Positions 34,300 through 43,104 are shown, counted from the first letter of the stretch. The stretch: DNA of 64,000 bases from Oscillospiraceae bacterium (GCA_003343845.1 QAKK01000025.1:66418-130417), one strand, 5' to 3'. Notes: generated from the letters alone by a model not told the origin. Program-made: numbers and translations.

Positions 34300-34475
34300 G
34301 CATCTCAGGCTTCCCTTGGGGGAGAGCTGTCAACGAAGTTGACTGATGAGGGGTAGCCATTCGCAGAATGGCGTCTCTACAGCACAGAACGAGACTGCTC
34401 AGACGGATGTCTACGCATCCTACCCCTCATCCGGTGCTAACGCACCACCTCCCCCCGGGGGGAAGGCTTGGATGC
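34300..34475. repeat. mosaic repeat cluster (H1, H4 four-helix element, H1)
   Basis: H4 at 34345-34431, flanked by AGGCTTCCCttGGGGGA and CCCCCCggGGGGAAGGCTTGG. Confidence 0.85.
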
Positions 34476-34571
34476 GACCGCTTCTTTTCCTATATCGAAA
34501 GTTTTTGCGGGGTCAAGGGGGCTTTTTACAAAAAGCCCCCTTGCGTTTCCTTTCCCCCTCTCCGCAAGGCG

Positions 34572-34600
34572 CAAAAAGCTCCCCCGAGGGGGAGCTTTCG
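34572..34600 (-). terminator. intrinsic terminator of paralog B
   Basis: Minus strand AAAGCTCCCC-ctcg-GGGGAGCTTTTT. A second palindrome lies at 34514-34543. Confidence 0.7.
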
Positions 34601-34620
34601 CATTTGAGCCGCGCTGCGGT

Positions 34621-37600
34621 TCAGCCGCCGTAGGGCATGAGGACGCGGGCGACGTTCAGCGTGAGCGCGCCGGTGTTCTCATTGTATTCTGCCATGATCA
34701 TCAGCATCACGGTGATCGAGGCTGCGCCCTCGTAGTCATCGCGGTCAGCCTTGGGCACGAGGATCTCCATGCCCGCGGTATCCAGGATGAACTGATCGAG
34801 CACGCCTGCGACCGGCTCGGTGATCTCATTTGTCACCGAGGTATCCAGCGGATAATCGTAGCCGAAGAAGTCCTCGCGGATCTCCACCTCGGTCGAGCCG
34901 AAGCCGTTTTCGCTGTACGCATGATTCAGCGCGAGGCGCGTGAAGTCATACTTGTCTGCGTCAAGTCCGGTTGCATCGATCGTGACGACCTTGGCAAGGA
35001 CGGACGCCAGCGCGTCGGGCAGGTTCAGCGCGCCGCCGTCCACCCGGACGGTGTCCGCGTCGGTGAAGGTCAGGTCGGACGCCTTGATCTCAACCATGCC
35101 GTTCTTCGACTCGTTCAGCAGGCAGGCTGCCTTGAATGCGGCGAGCACGCTCATGTTGGCATGCGTGATCACGCCGTCCTCGCTTGCATACAGCGCCTTC
35201 GTGAGGTCGAAGCTCAGCACGGTGTCGGTGTTGAAGCTCTTCGACGCGACGACCTGCATGGTGCGGAGGTCGAGCAGGTTGGTGATGGTGACGGTGTACT
35301 TCTCCTTCACGTCCTCGCCGCTCGATTCGATCATCAGCTCGGTGTCGGCAAGCGGCGCATAGTAGGTCTCCGTGCTGCTGTGCGCACGGCTCTCGCCCCA
35401 CGCCTCCATATCGGCGTAGCCGCCGGTGAAGACAGGCGCATCAAACTGCGCAACGATCAGATCCGAGGATGCGGCATAGAACTTCGCCGCGCCGGTGACC
35501 GAGAACTTCGCCTTCTGCACGCCGACGCGCACGCCGACGTTGCCGTTCTTATCCACGAGGGCGATCACGGTCCCGGCATCCACGGTGACGCGGGATGCGG
35601 AGACGTTTGCATCCGGATCCGCCTTGATGTGGTTGGTCTTCGCCGTCGTATCCGAGAAGATAAGACCGCCGTCCACGGTCGCATATTTCACAGCGCCTTC
35701 CGCCGTGCCGAGGTCGTACACGCCGTTCTTTTCACCGGTGACGGCGAAGATGCCGCCGCGGATCAGCGCGTCGCGCAGAGCAACGTAGTCCGTGTACTTC
35801 GTGTAGGACGAACCGGCGATGTCGGTGTAGGTCGCGAGCGTGCCGATGCTGCCGCTCGTCTTGTATGCGTCGGTATCGGCATTGTAGCCGGCCGCCATCT
35901 TGTCGACGGAGACGAGCTTCCACGTGCCGGTAGCGGTGTCGAGCATCGCCAGCTGTACGTTGCCGTCCTTGTCGAGGACAAAGTCGGCGGTGTAGTTCAG
36001 CCGATCGGCGTCAACCTTCATGAGCTTTGCCAGCAGATCGCGGTCGGCGCTGACGATGGCGAAATCATGCGAGGTCCGCTTTGCCTCGCTGCTGTACGCC
36101 TCGAGGAAGACGATTCTGCCGTCCACTTCGACGTAACGGACATTGTTCTTGTCCTTCTCGTAGGACTTGATGATGGATTCGACGGTGGAGCGGTTTGCCG
36201 CAAAGCTCGAGTAGGAGGCGTCAAAGCCGCCCTTGAAGCCGAAGCTCTTCTGCGCGCCGTCGATACGGACGCTCTCGCCGAGCGGATTGACGCTGTTCAG
36301 CTTGCCGGTGCGGAAGCCGCCCGCGTTCTGTGCAACGGTGAGAATGTTATCCACTGCGTTGTAGTAGTAGAACATGAAGTCGCCGGACTTCACGCTCTCG
36401 CCTGCGAGGGTCACGCTCTTTGCCGCCTCGCCGTTCTTCTTCGAGACCGATGTGGTGGCGGAGGTGACGCGCGAGGTCGTGCCGAGCAGCGTCTCAACAA
36501 AGTTGGACTTCACGCCGTCCTTGTTCTCGATCTTCTCCGCCGCGTAGGTACCGATCGTCACAAACGAGGTGTCCTTCGAGGTGAAGGCATCGCGCAGGGT
36601 GCGGGTGAAATACTGCCCGAATGCGTAAGGCATATAATAGATATGGAGCGTTTTGATCGTGTCGTCGCCCTGCTTCGTCTCGCGGACGATGAACTTGACC
36701 GCGCCGTTCGAGTTTGCGCCGGTGTAGCCGTCCTTTGCGGTGTAGGCAAAGTTTTTAAGGAAGGCGTCGCCCGTGGTCTTCGTCCAGCCGTCCTTCGTGA
36801 AGCTGTAGAAGGCGGTCGCGTACTTGTCGGTGGTGTACTTCACGCCGTCAAGCAGGATCTGCGAGGTGCCGTCCCCGTTTTTGATGACGCGGATCTTGCC
36901 CGCATCGCCGAGGTTTTCCACCGTGGTGAGCGCGTCGCTGTCCGTGAAGACGATTTTCGCGTCTGCGTCGTCCTTGTCGACATCGTACTTCGAGAAGAAG
37001 TCCTCCGCCTTGCAGTTGACGTAGAGCGTCATGGGCAGACCGAGGTAGCCGATCTTCGGCGTTTCTGCGGTGATGCCGAGGTCAGCCGCCGCCAGCGTGT
37101 AGGTTGCGCCGTTGTACTCGACCGTGACCGTGTCGGCTGCGTCCTTTTTGCCTGCCTCAAAGCCCTTGACCGTGACGGTCAGCTTGCCGTCGGCAAAGCC
37201 CGCACGCTCGAGGTAGGTCTCACGCTGAATTTTGCCGGGGCCGAGCAGCGCGCCGTATGCGGAGGCATCCTGCTTGCCGGGGTAGATCAGGTCGCCCGTG
37301 ATCGGATCCTTGATGGCAAGCTCGGTGCTGAGCATATCCCAGACCAGCTGCGCGGTTTCGCCGCGGGAGAGCGGCTCCTTGTAGCGGATGCTGTCGATGT
37401 TGTCGGTCAGCCCCAGCTCGCGTGCCGCGAGGATGTGCCCGTAGGGGTAGTTCATATCCGCAGTCTCATAGCCGAGGGCACGAACCGCGAGGACGAGCAT
37501 ATCCTGATAGGTGATCGGGTCGTTGTAGCCGTAAATGCCGTTGCCTCTGCCGAGGATGAACTTCATCCCTGCGAGGTAGTCGATCGCCGTGCCGTATTCG

Positions 37601-37884
37601 GGCACGTCGGTGAAGACGGTGCTTTTGTCTGCGTTCCAAACCTTGGTGTCGGTGTTGCCGGTGATTGCCTGAACGAAGAACAAAGCAGCCTGATAACGGG
37701 TCACGCTCTTATCGAGCATGAGATTGCCGTTTTCATCACCCTTCATGATGCCGATTGCCGCCAGATGATGCGCCGCGTCGGTATAATCCGCGCCGGTCTT
37801 TGCCGCGCCGGTCGTGATCACGACCGAGCCCGCGATCATCAGGGTCGCCAGCATGAGGGCAAGAAATTTTTTCAAATTTCTCAT
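34621..37884 (-). CDS. S-layer-type protein with three N-terminal SLH motifs (1087 aa), paralog B
   Basis: MRNLKKFLALMLATLMIAGSVVITTGA. It is colinear with paralog A (shared VTRYQAALFF, YGTAIDY, ITYQDMLV.AVRALGYETADM.YPYG, KNGEAAK, VKSGDF, DNILTVA, FYAASSDL). Confidence 0.9.
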   Translation of the reverse strand: MRNLKKFLALMLATLMIAGSVVITTGAAKTGADYTDAAHHLAAIGIMKGDENGNLMLDKSVTRYQAALFFVQAITGNTDTKVWNADKSTVFTDVPEYGTAIDYLAGMKFILGRGNGIYGYNDPITYQDMLVLAVRALGYETADMNYPYGHILAARELGLTDNIDSIRYKEPLSRGETAQLVWDMLSTELAIKDPITGDLIYPGKQDASAYGALLGPGKIQRETYLERAGFADGKLTVTVKGFEAGKKDAADTVTVEYNGATYTLAAADLGITAETPKIGYLGLPMTLYVNCKAEDFFSKYDVDKDDADAKIVFTDSDALTTVENLGDAGKIRVIKNGDGTSQILLDGVKYTTDKYATAFYSFTKDGWTKTTGDAFLKNFAYTAKDGYTGANSNGAVKFIVRETKQGDDTIKTLHIYYMPYAFGQYFTRTLRDAFTSKDTSFVTIGTYAAEKIENKDGVKSNFVETLLGTTSRVTSATTSVSKKNGEAAKSVTLAGESVKSGDFMFYYYNAVDNILTVAQNAGGFRTGKLNSVNPLGESVRIDGAQKSFGFKGGFDASYSSFAANRSTVESIIKSYEKDKNNVRYVEVDGRIVFLEAYSSEAKRTSHDFAIVSADRDLLAKLMKVDADRLNYTADFVLDKDGNVQLAMLDTATGTWKLVSVDKMAAGYNADTDAYKTSGSIGTLATYTDIAGSSYTKYTDYVALRDALIRGGIFAVTGEKNGVYDLGTAEGAVKYATVDGGLIFSDTTAKTNHIKADPDANVSASRVTVDAGTVIALVDKNGNVGVRVGVQKAKFSVTGAAKFYAASSDLIVAQFDAPVFTGGYADMEAWGESRAHSSTETYYAPLADTELMIESSGEDVKEKYTVTITNLLDLRTMQVVASKSFNTDTVLSFDLTKALYASEDGVITHANMSVLAAFKAACLLNESKNGMVEIKASDLTFTDADTVRVDGGALNLPDALASVLAKVVTIDATGLDADKYDFTRLALNHAYSENGFGSTEVEIREDFFGYDYPLDTSVTNEITEPVAGVLDQFILDTAGMEILVPKADRDDYEGAASITVMLMIMAEYNENTGALTLNVARVLMPYGG

Positions 37885-37938
37885 GTGTGTTCTCCTTTTT
37901 CTTCTTTCGGCGCGGTCGCTGCCGCGTTCCGTGAGCTT

Positions 37939-37967
37939 ATCTTAGCAAAGAAGAAACCGGATTGCAA
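37939..37967 (-). promoter_or_regulatory. promoter TTGCAA-17-TAAGAT of paralog B
   Basis: Minus strand TTGCAATCCGGTTTCTTCTTTGCTAAGAT. It has the same hexamers and spacing as paralog A. Confidence 0.55.
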
Positions 37968-38205
37968 GGCTTGTCAGCAAGCTGTCAGCAAAGTGTTGGT
38001 TTGCGCGTTTTTTTGCAAGTTTGATTGTAAGATTTGCGCCTTTTTTTGCCGTGGGTGGAAGTGCGTGGGGCAGTGGTACATGCGGTTTCCGTTATTCTGT
38101 AGGGACCGGCGTCCTCGACGGTCCGCCTGCAAAAAGCAAAGAAGTCCGGAGGGAATCCGCCTGCGGCGGTTTTCCTCCGAACTTCTAACGCTTCACATTT
38201 CGCGT

Positions 38206-39156
38206 TTACCTGTTTTTATCCGTCTCATCCATGCCGAACTGCCCCATCAGGCGCTTGTTGAACTCCTCGGCGGTGTTGTAACCCATGCGCTTCTGCCGGT
38301 TGTTCATCGCCGCGATCTCGAGGACGACGGCGAGGTTTCTGCCCGGACGCACCGGGATGATGAGCGACGGCAGCTCGATGCCGAGGATCTCGGTGGTCTG
38401 CGGCTCCAGCCCGAGGCGGTCGTACATCTTGCCCTGCACCCAGGGTTCCAGCGTGACAACGAGGTCGATCTTCTCGGTGTCCTTGACCGCGCCCATGCCG
38501 AACAGGCGGCGCACATCGACGATGCCGATGCCGCGCAGCTCGACGTAGTGCCGGATGATCTCGGGCGCCGAGCCGACGAGCGACTTTGCCGAGACGCGCT
38601 TGATCTCCACCGCGTCGTCCGCGATGAGGCGGTGACCGCGCTTGACCAGCTCAATGGCGGTCTCGCTCTTGCCGACGCCGCTGTCGCCGAGGATCAGCAC
38701 GCCCTCTCCGTAGACCTCGACCAGCACGCCGTGGCGGGTGATGCGGGGCGCAAGCATGACATTGAGATAGGCGATCAGCGCCGCCATGAACTCACTTGTG
38801 CGCTCGGCGGTGCGGAGCAGGGGCACGTCGTACTTTTCCGCGCAGGCGAGCATGTTGGCGGGCAGCTCCAGACTGGAGGTGACGACGACCGTCGCCGGGT
38901 GGGTGGCAAAAAACGCGTCCATCGCCTTCTCGACCGCCTCGCGCGGGCGCTCGTTGAGGAAGCGCACCTCGCCCTTGCCGAAGATCTGGATGCGCTCGGC
39001 ATCGAAGGTCTCGAAGAAGCCGATCAGCGGCAGTACCGGACGGTTGACCTCGTTGGAGGTGATCTGAATCTCGGATGCCTCGGTCGGCAGGGTCAGGGGT
39101 TCAAGCGCAAATTCGCGAATCAGGGATTCGAGGGAAATGCTGTACTTTTCCTGCAT
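38206..39156 (-). CDS. hprK: HPr kinase/phosphorylase
   Basis: Walker A GDSGVGKSE, plus ADD..E and LRGIGIVDVRRLFG motifs. 316 aa. Confidence 0.96.
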   Translation of the reverse strand: MQEKYSISLESLIREFALEPLTLPTEASEIQITSNEVNRPVLPLIGFFETFDAERIQIFGKGEVRFLNERPREAVEKAMDAFFATHPATVVVTSSLELPANMLACAEKYDVPLLRTAERTSEFMAALIAYLNVMLAPRITRHGVLVEVYGEGVLILGDSGVGKSETAIELVKRGHRLIADDAVEIKRVSAKSLVGSAPEIIRHYVELRGIGIVDVRRLFGMGAVKDTEKIDLVVTLEPWVQGKMYDRLGLEPQTTEILGIELPSLIIPVRPGRNLAVVLEIAAMNNRQKRMGYNTAEEFNKRLMGQFGMDETDKNR

Positions 39157-39230
39157 ATGATGTTCCTTTCCCGCATCGGCGGTGACTTTCCTTCAGTTTA
39201 CCACAAAGTGCGCGCAATTACAAGCGCGGC

Positions 39231-42200
39231 TCAGTTCTTCACGTCGGCGCCGTACAGCCGCCCGAGCAGCCGCACGACCACCGTCGCCGTCTCGGCGCGC
39301 GTGATCTGTCCGCCGGGGCGCAGCGTACCGTCGTCATAGCCGGAGATCAGCCCGGCTGCAATCGATTTTTGCAGCATTTCCGCCGCCCACGGCGCGATCC
39401 GGTCCGCATCCGTAAAGCCGTCAAGCGACGCGGATTCCGTCTCGTCGACGGTGCCGCCGAGGACGTAAAACGTCTCCTCGCGCGTGATAGCGTCACGCGG
39501 GGCGAAGAGCAGCCGCCCGTCCGGCGTGTCCTTGCCGTGCATCAGCCCCGCGCCGAAAACGGCGCGGACATAGGGCAGCGCCCACGCGGCGATGTCCGCG
39601 CTGTCGGCAAAGGGCAGCTCGGTCTCGGCATACGCTGTCGGATCGAGGTTCAGCAAGCCGCAGAGGATCTTGGCAAACTGCTCACGGCTCAGGCTGTTGT
39701 CCGGGTTGTAGACGGTTCTGCCGGTCTCGTCCTCGCTGCCGCTGACCACGCCCGCAAAGGAGAGCGCGTTGACATAGTAGGACGACCAGTGCCCGGCAAG
39801 GTCGGCATAGCGGTTCGGGTCATACTGCTCCGTGAGCAGCAGCGGACCGACCGTGACGGTGCGCGCTGGGTCGGTCACGGCAAAGCCGAGCAGCGTTTTC
39901 AGCGTGAGCACGCCGTCCGCCGCTTCTGGCACAAGAGTGAGGAGCGCGCGCCCGTTGTACCCGGCGAAATCATAGTATGCGTCATAGGTGTAGGTGACCG
40001 TCGTCTCCGTGCCGTCGGGAGCGGTCAGTATGAACGTGGCATAGGGCGTTTCCGCGGCGGAAATGCCGTCCGCCCACAGCCACAGCCGTCTGCCGACAAG
40101 TCCGGCGCTCGAAAGCCCGGTGACGTTCAGCTCGACCGGGATCGGTTCGGGCACAGGTTCCACAATCGGCTCGGCAGGTTCGGTGGATTCGGAAGTTTCA
40201 GAGGTTTCCGCCGGTGCGGTCGTTTCAGCGGGCGCGGCGGTCTCCGCGGGCGCAGTTGTTTCAGCGGGCGCGGCGGTCTCTGCGGGTGCAGTGGTCTCCG
40301 CGGGCGCGGTTGTTTCGGCGGCGGGAGCGTCCGTTTCCGCTGCCGTTTCGGCAGATGCGGTCGTTTCCGCGGCGGGCAGGACGCGCGGCATCAGCACAAA
40401 CGCGCCGCCCGCAGCGATGCCGCCGGTCTCCGCATAGGAGAGGGTATAGTCACCGCCGACCGCCGCCGCGCCGTTTTGCAGCAGACCGTCCAGCTTCAGC
40501 GGGGAAGCAGGCTCGCCGAACAGCGCCGGGATCACCAGCGTGCGGTCCGCCAGCACAATGGCAATCCGCCCGCGTGCGGCGGGCAGGGGCTCTGCCGGGG
40601 TCTCGGCGGGGTCGGTGGATTCTGCGGATTCTTTTTCGGCAGTATCATCGGCTTCGCCGGGGATCTTAATATCGGTCTGTGCAAAATAGAAGGTGTTGCC
40701 GCGCCGCGCACTGCCGATCGCCGCATTCTCGCAGCGGACCTCGGCAAGGTCGCCGTAGTACACCTCCGCGCCCTCCGCAAAGGCGCGGACAGTCAGCGAA
40801 GCCGTGCCGTCCGCCGCGGCAAGCAGGAGCGTCTGGTCGGCGCGCAGCTCGTCCACGGTATCGGTGACGCGCAGGTAGCAGGACGCGCGCAGGGTCTTAT
40901 CGCCGTACACGGTCTCAACCGTGAGGATGCCGCCGCCCTTGACTGCCGCAGGCGTGAAGCGGATCTCGCCGTCGGCGACTGCGGCGCTGCCGAGCGCATC
41001 GGAGATTGTGACGGTGGTGTTTTCCGCCGTCAGAACATGTTTAAGCGTCTCGCCCGCGCCGTTCGTGACGGTCGCGGTGAGGGGATATACCGCGCCGGCA
41101 AGCAGGGTCAGCGCAGGCTGTTCCAGCGTCAGCCGGGGCGCGGCGGACGCGGTTTCAGTCGTTTCATAGAGCGCCGCCGCGTTGGAAACCTTGCGTTCGC
41201 TGCCGTCGGAGGGGCGGTTTTGCACGGTCGCCTTGCCGTCCGCAAAGGTGACAAGCGCGGTCGAGCCGCCGCCGTCGAGGTTGATCGCGTCGGTGCAGCC
41301 GAGCGCCAGGAGCGTATCGGCAAGCGCCGTGAGCGTCAGCCCTGCGGCGTAACCGGTGCGTCTGCCGTCGGTGACGAAGAGCAGATAGCTGCCGTCCGCG
41401 CGGATGCCGAACGCCGTGCGGGGCTGCCGGGTCTTCTCATGCTCCTCGTTCACCACGCCGTCGACGGGCTTGCCGTCCCGCAGGATGACGTCGCCGCCGC
41501 CGATCGCCGTGACCGCGTCGGTGAAATCGCTCTCGCAGGCGACGCGCACCGTGACGGTCTCGCCGACCGCAAGCGCGGCATAATCCGCCGCTGTCGCAAG
41601 CGTATCCGGCACGGTCAGGACGGCGCATCCCGCGGGGATCTCGCCGTCCTCGACGCCTTTGCGCACTGCGGTGACCTCGGCGCGCACCTCGCCGCCGAGC
41701 GTGACGGCGTCGTCGAGCGCGAGGATATACTCGGTCGCGGCAAAGCCGGTCAGCGTCGTGGTCTCGCCGTAGTCGCGGGTGAGCAGGTAGACGCCGTAGA
41801 CGCCGGGATATTTGTTGAGATGGCTGACCGGGAGGGTCGCGTCGCCGATCCCGATCGTGACCGTCTCACCGATCTTGCCGAAGATCGCATTGCCGTCCTT
41901 GTCAAAGCCGACGGCATCGCGGTTGTCCGACGAGGAGAGCAGCCGCCCGTCCGTGAGCAGCACGCCCATCGGCACGCCGGTGTACAGGCTGAAAAAGTCG
42001 GCGTTGACCGCTGCGGTCAGGGTCTCGCCGTCTGCGGCTGCCATGCCCGCCAGGGTCGAGAGCTTTTCGCGGCTGTGCAGGGTCGTGCCGAGGTTGACGG
42101 CAGCGATCCGCGCGCCGTTCGCGGGCGATGCGGTGACGGTGAATGCGGTCTGCACAATCTCGCCAGGTGCGCGGTTCTCATAGCGCGTGAGCGTTGCCGC

Positions 42201-42452
42201 CGCGCCGAGCGGAGTCTCGGTCATGCCCGTGATGCTGCCGAAGGCGCCGAGCCTGTCCGGGTAGACCGGCGCCGCCGGTTCGGCGGCAGGGTCCGGATCG
42301 GTCTGCGGTTCGGTTCCGGTATCGGAAGCGGTCACTGCCGTGGCGGCGGTTTCCGCCGCGGTAACGGTTTCGGCGGCGGCAGGAAGCAGCAGGGACAGCG
42401 CAAGTGCGAGCGCCGTCAGTGCCGCGGTAATTCTTTTGTATGTATACGTCAT
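39231..42452 (-). CDS. phosphodiester glycosidase (NAGPA/DUF2233) family surface protein with Thr/Ala/Pro/Glu repeat linker and three C-terminal SLH motifs (1073 aa)
   Basis: Signal peptide MTYTYKRITAALTALALALSLLLPAAA after AGAAGGAA RBS. AVNADFF...RQPRTAFGIRADGSYLLFVTDGR...INLDGGGSTALV. C-terminal FADSADIAAWA..., FTDADRIAPWA.... Confidence 0.88.
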   Translation of the reverse strand: MTYTYKRITAALTALALALSLLLPAAAETVTAAETAATAVTASDTGTEPQTDPDPAAEPAAPVYPDRLGAFGSITGMTETPLGAAATLTRYENRAPGEIVQTAFTVTASPANGARIAAVNLGTTLHSREKLSTLAGMAAADGETLTAAVNADFFSLYTGVPMGVLLTDGRLLSSSDNRDAVGFDKDGNAIFGKIGETVTIGIGDATLPVSHLNKYPGVYGVYLLTRDYGETTTLTGFAATEYILALDDAVTLGGEVRAEVTAVRKGVEDGEIPAGCAVLTVPDTLATAADYAALAVGETVTVRVACESDFTDAVTAIGGGDVILRDGKPVDGVVNEEHEKTRQPRTAFGIRADGSYLLFVTDGRRTGYAAGLTLTALADTLLALGCTDAINLDGGGSTALVTFADGKATVQNRPSDGSERKVSNAAALYETTETASAAPRLTLEQPALTLLAGAVYPLTATVTNGAGETLKHVLTAENTTVTISDALGSAAVADGEIRFTPAAVKGGGILTVETVYGDKTLRASCYLRVTDTVDELRADQTLLLAAADGTASLTVRAFAEGAEVYYGDLAEVRCENAAIGSARRGNTFYFAQTDIKIPGEADDTAEKESAESTDPAETPAEPLPAARGRIAIVLADRTLVIPALFGEPASPLKLDGLLQNGAAAVGGDYTLSYAETGGIAAGGAFVLMPRVLPAAETTASAETAAETDAPAAETTAPAETTAPAETAAPAETTAPAETAAPAETTAPAETSETSESTEPAEPIVEPVPEPIPVELNVTGLSSAGLVGRRLWLWADGISAAETPYATFILTAPDGTETTVTYTYDAYYDFAGYNGRALLTLVPEAADGVLTLKTLLGFAVTDPARTVTVGPLLLTEQYDPNRYADLAGHWSSYYVNALSFAGVVSGSEDETGRTVYNPDNSLSREQFAKILCGLLNLDPTAYAETELPFADSADIAAWALPYVRAVFGAGLMHGKDTPDGRLLFAPRDAITREETFYVLGGTVDETESASLDGFTDADRIAPWAAEMLQKSIAAGLISGYDDGTLRPGGQITRAETATVVVRLLGRLYGADVKN
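40205..40320. repeat. tandem ~18/36-bp coding repeats (encode ETTAPAETAAPA... linker)
   Basis: Reiterated GGTCTCCGCGGGCGCAGTTGTTTCAGCGGGCGCGGC units on the plus strand. Confidence 0.75.
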
Positions 42453-42493
42453 GCGGGATTCCTTCTTTTGCGGTTTTGCGGAAAAGCTGTGTA

Positions 42494-42520
42494 TACCCTC
42501 GATTGACAAGAGCAGATACG
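42494..42520. repeat. proximal arm of perfect 27-bp inverted repeat in the glycosidase leader
   Basis: TACCCTCGATTGACAAGAGCAGATACG. Confidence 0.95.
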
Positions 42521-42741
42521 GTTTTTCGGGGCGGAAACCGCGCCTGCCTTTGTTTTCCTCATTGGCGGGCTGATGCCTGTCTGCTTCGTCAGCCTCGTCC
42601 GGCACATTTCCGCGCCCGAAAAACTCCGAAGGACTTTCCGGTGAGGAAAAATTGGGGTCGGCGAGGAAGAGGACGAAGGTGTGCCGACCGCCCACCAAGG
42701 ACGATGACGATGTCCGGCGCCAACTTTTTGCCGCCGGAAAG

Positions 42742-42768
42742 CGTATCTGCTCTTGTCAATCGAGGGTA
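42742..42768. repeat. distal arm of perfect 27-bp inverted repeat
   Basis: CGTATCTGCTCTTGTCAATCGAGGGTA, the exact reverse complement of 42494-42520, 221 bp away. Confidence 0.95.
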
Positions 42769-42773
42769 CTCTC

Positions 42774-42802
42774 ATTGTAGCACACACGCATCGGCAAGTC
42801 AA
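42774..42802 (-). promoter_or_regulatory. promoter TTGACT-17-TGcTACAAT of the glycosidase gene
   Basis: Minus strand TTGACT at 42802-42797 and TACAAT at 42779-42774. The predicted start falls at the outer edge of the distal IR arm. Confidence 0.6.
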
Positions 42803-42869
42803 AAGAAATTTGCGGAAAGCCGCCGTGACGGGGAAGTGAAGACGGGGGGAATCACGCATCAGCAGGGTA

Positions 42870-43075
42870 CGGCTCCCTTTTAGGCTTCCCCGGTGGGGAA
42901 GCTGGCGCCGTAGGCGACTGATGAGGGATTGTACAAAGCAAAACCTCGCACCATGCTGTGCCGACTGCCTGCAAGCCCTCATCCGTCACAGGATGTTTTC
43001 CCATCGGGAAAACTCCGCGAGGCGCAAAGCGTCTCGTACACCTCTCCCCACCGGGGAAGGCTTGGTTCGTTCGCG
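42870..43075. repeat. mosaic repeat cluster (H1, H3, inverted H2, H1)
   Basis: H3 at 42918-42984. H2 in inverted orientation at 42989-43047. H1 copies are at both ends. Confidence 0.85.
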
Positions 43076-43104
43076 AACGGAGGCAATACCCCCGCATAGC
43101 AGCA

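Noticed and set aside
34468-39339. 1623-aa plus-strand ORF spanning the antisense of S-layer paralog B, the intergenic region and hprK. Other very long antisense ORFs are similar: 3988-6345, 10971-12863, 14626-16773, 20120-21613, 26587-28443, 28687-30342, 39369-42506, 48681-51002, 55683-57782 and 60576-63083.
   Set aside because: They are codon-aligned mirror frames of well-supported genes in a high-GC genome, where sense TTA/CTA/TCA codons are rare and so no antisense stops arise. Their translations are Arg/Gly/Asp/His-rich and low in complexity, have no RBS and show no recognisable domains.
42453-42698. In-frame N-terminal extension of the glycosidase ORF (ORF-track start 42698, 82 extra residues).
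   Set aside because: The signal peptide MTYTYKRITAALTALALAL must be N-terminal, and a good RBS (AGAAGGAA) precedes ATG 42452. The extension covers the structured inverted-repeat leader and reads as non-protein-like sequence.
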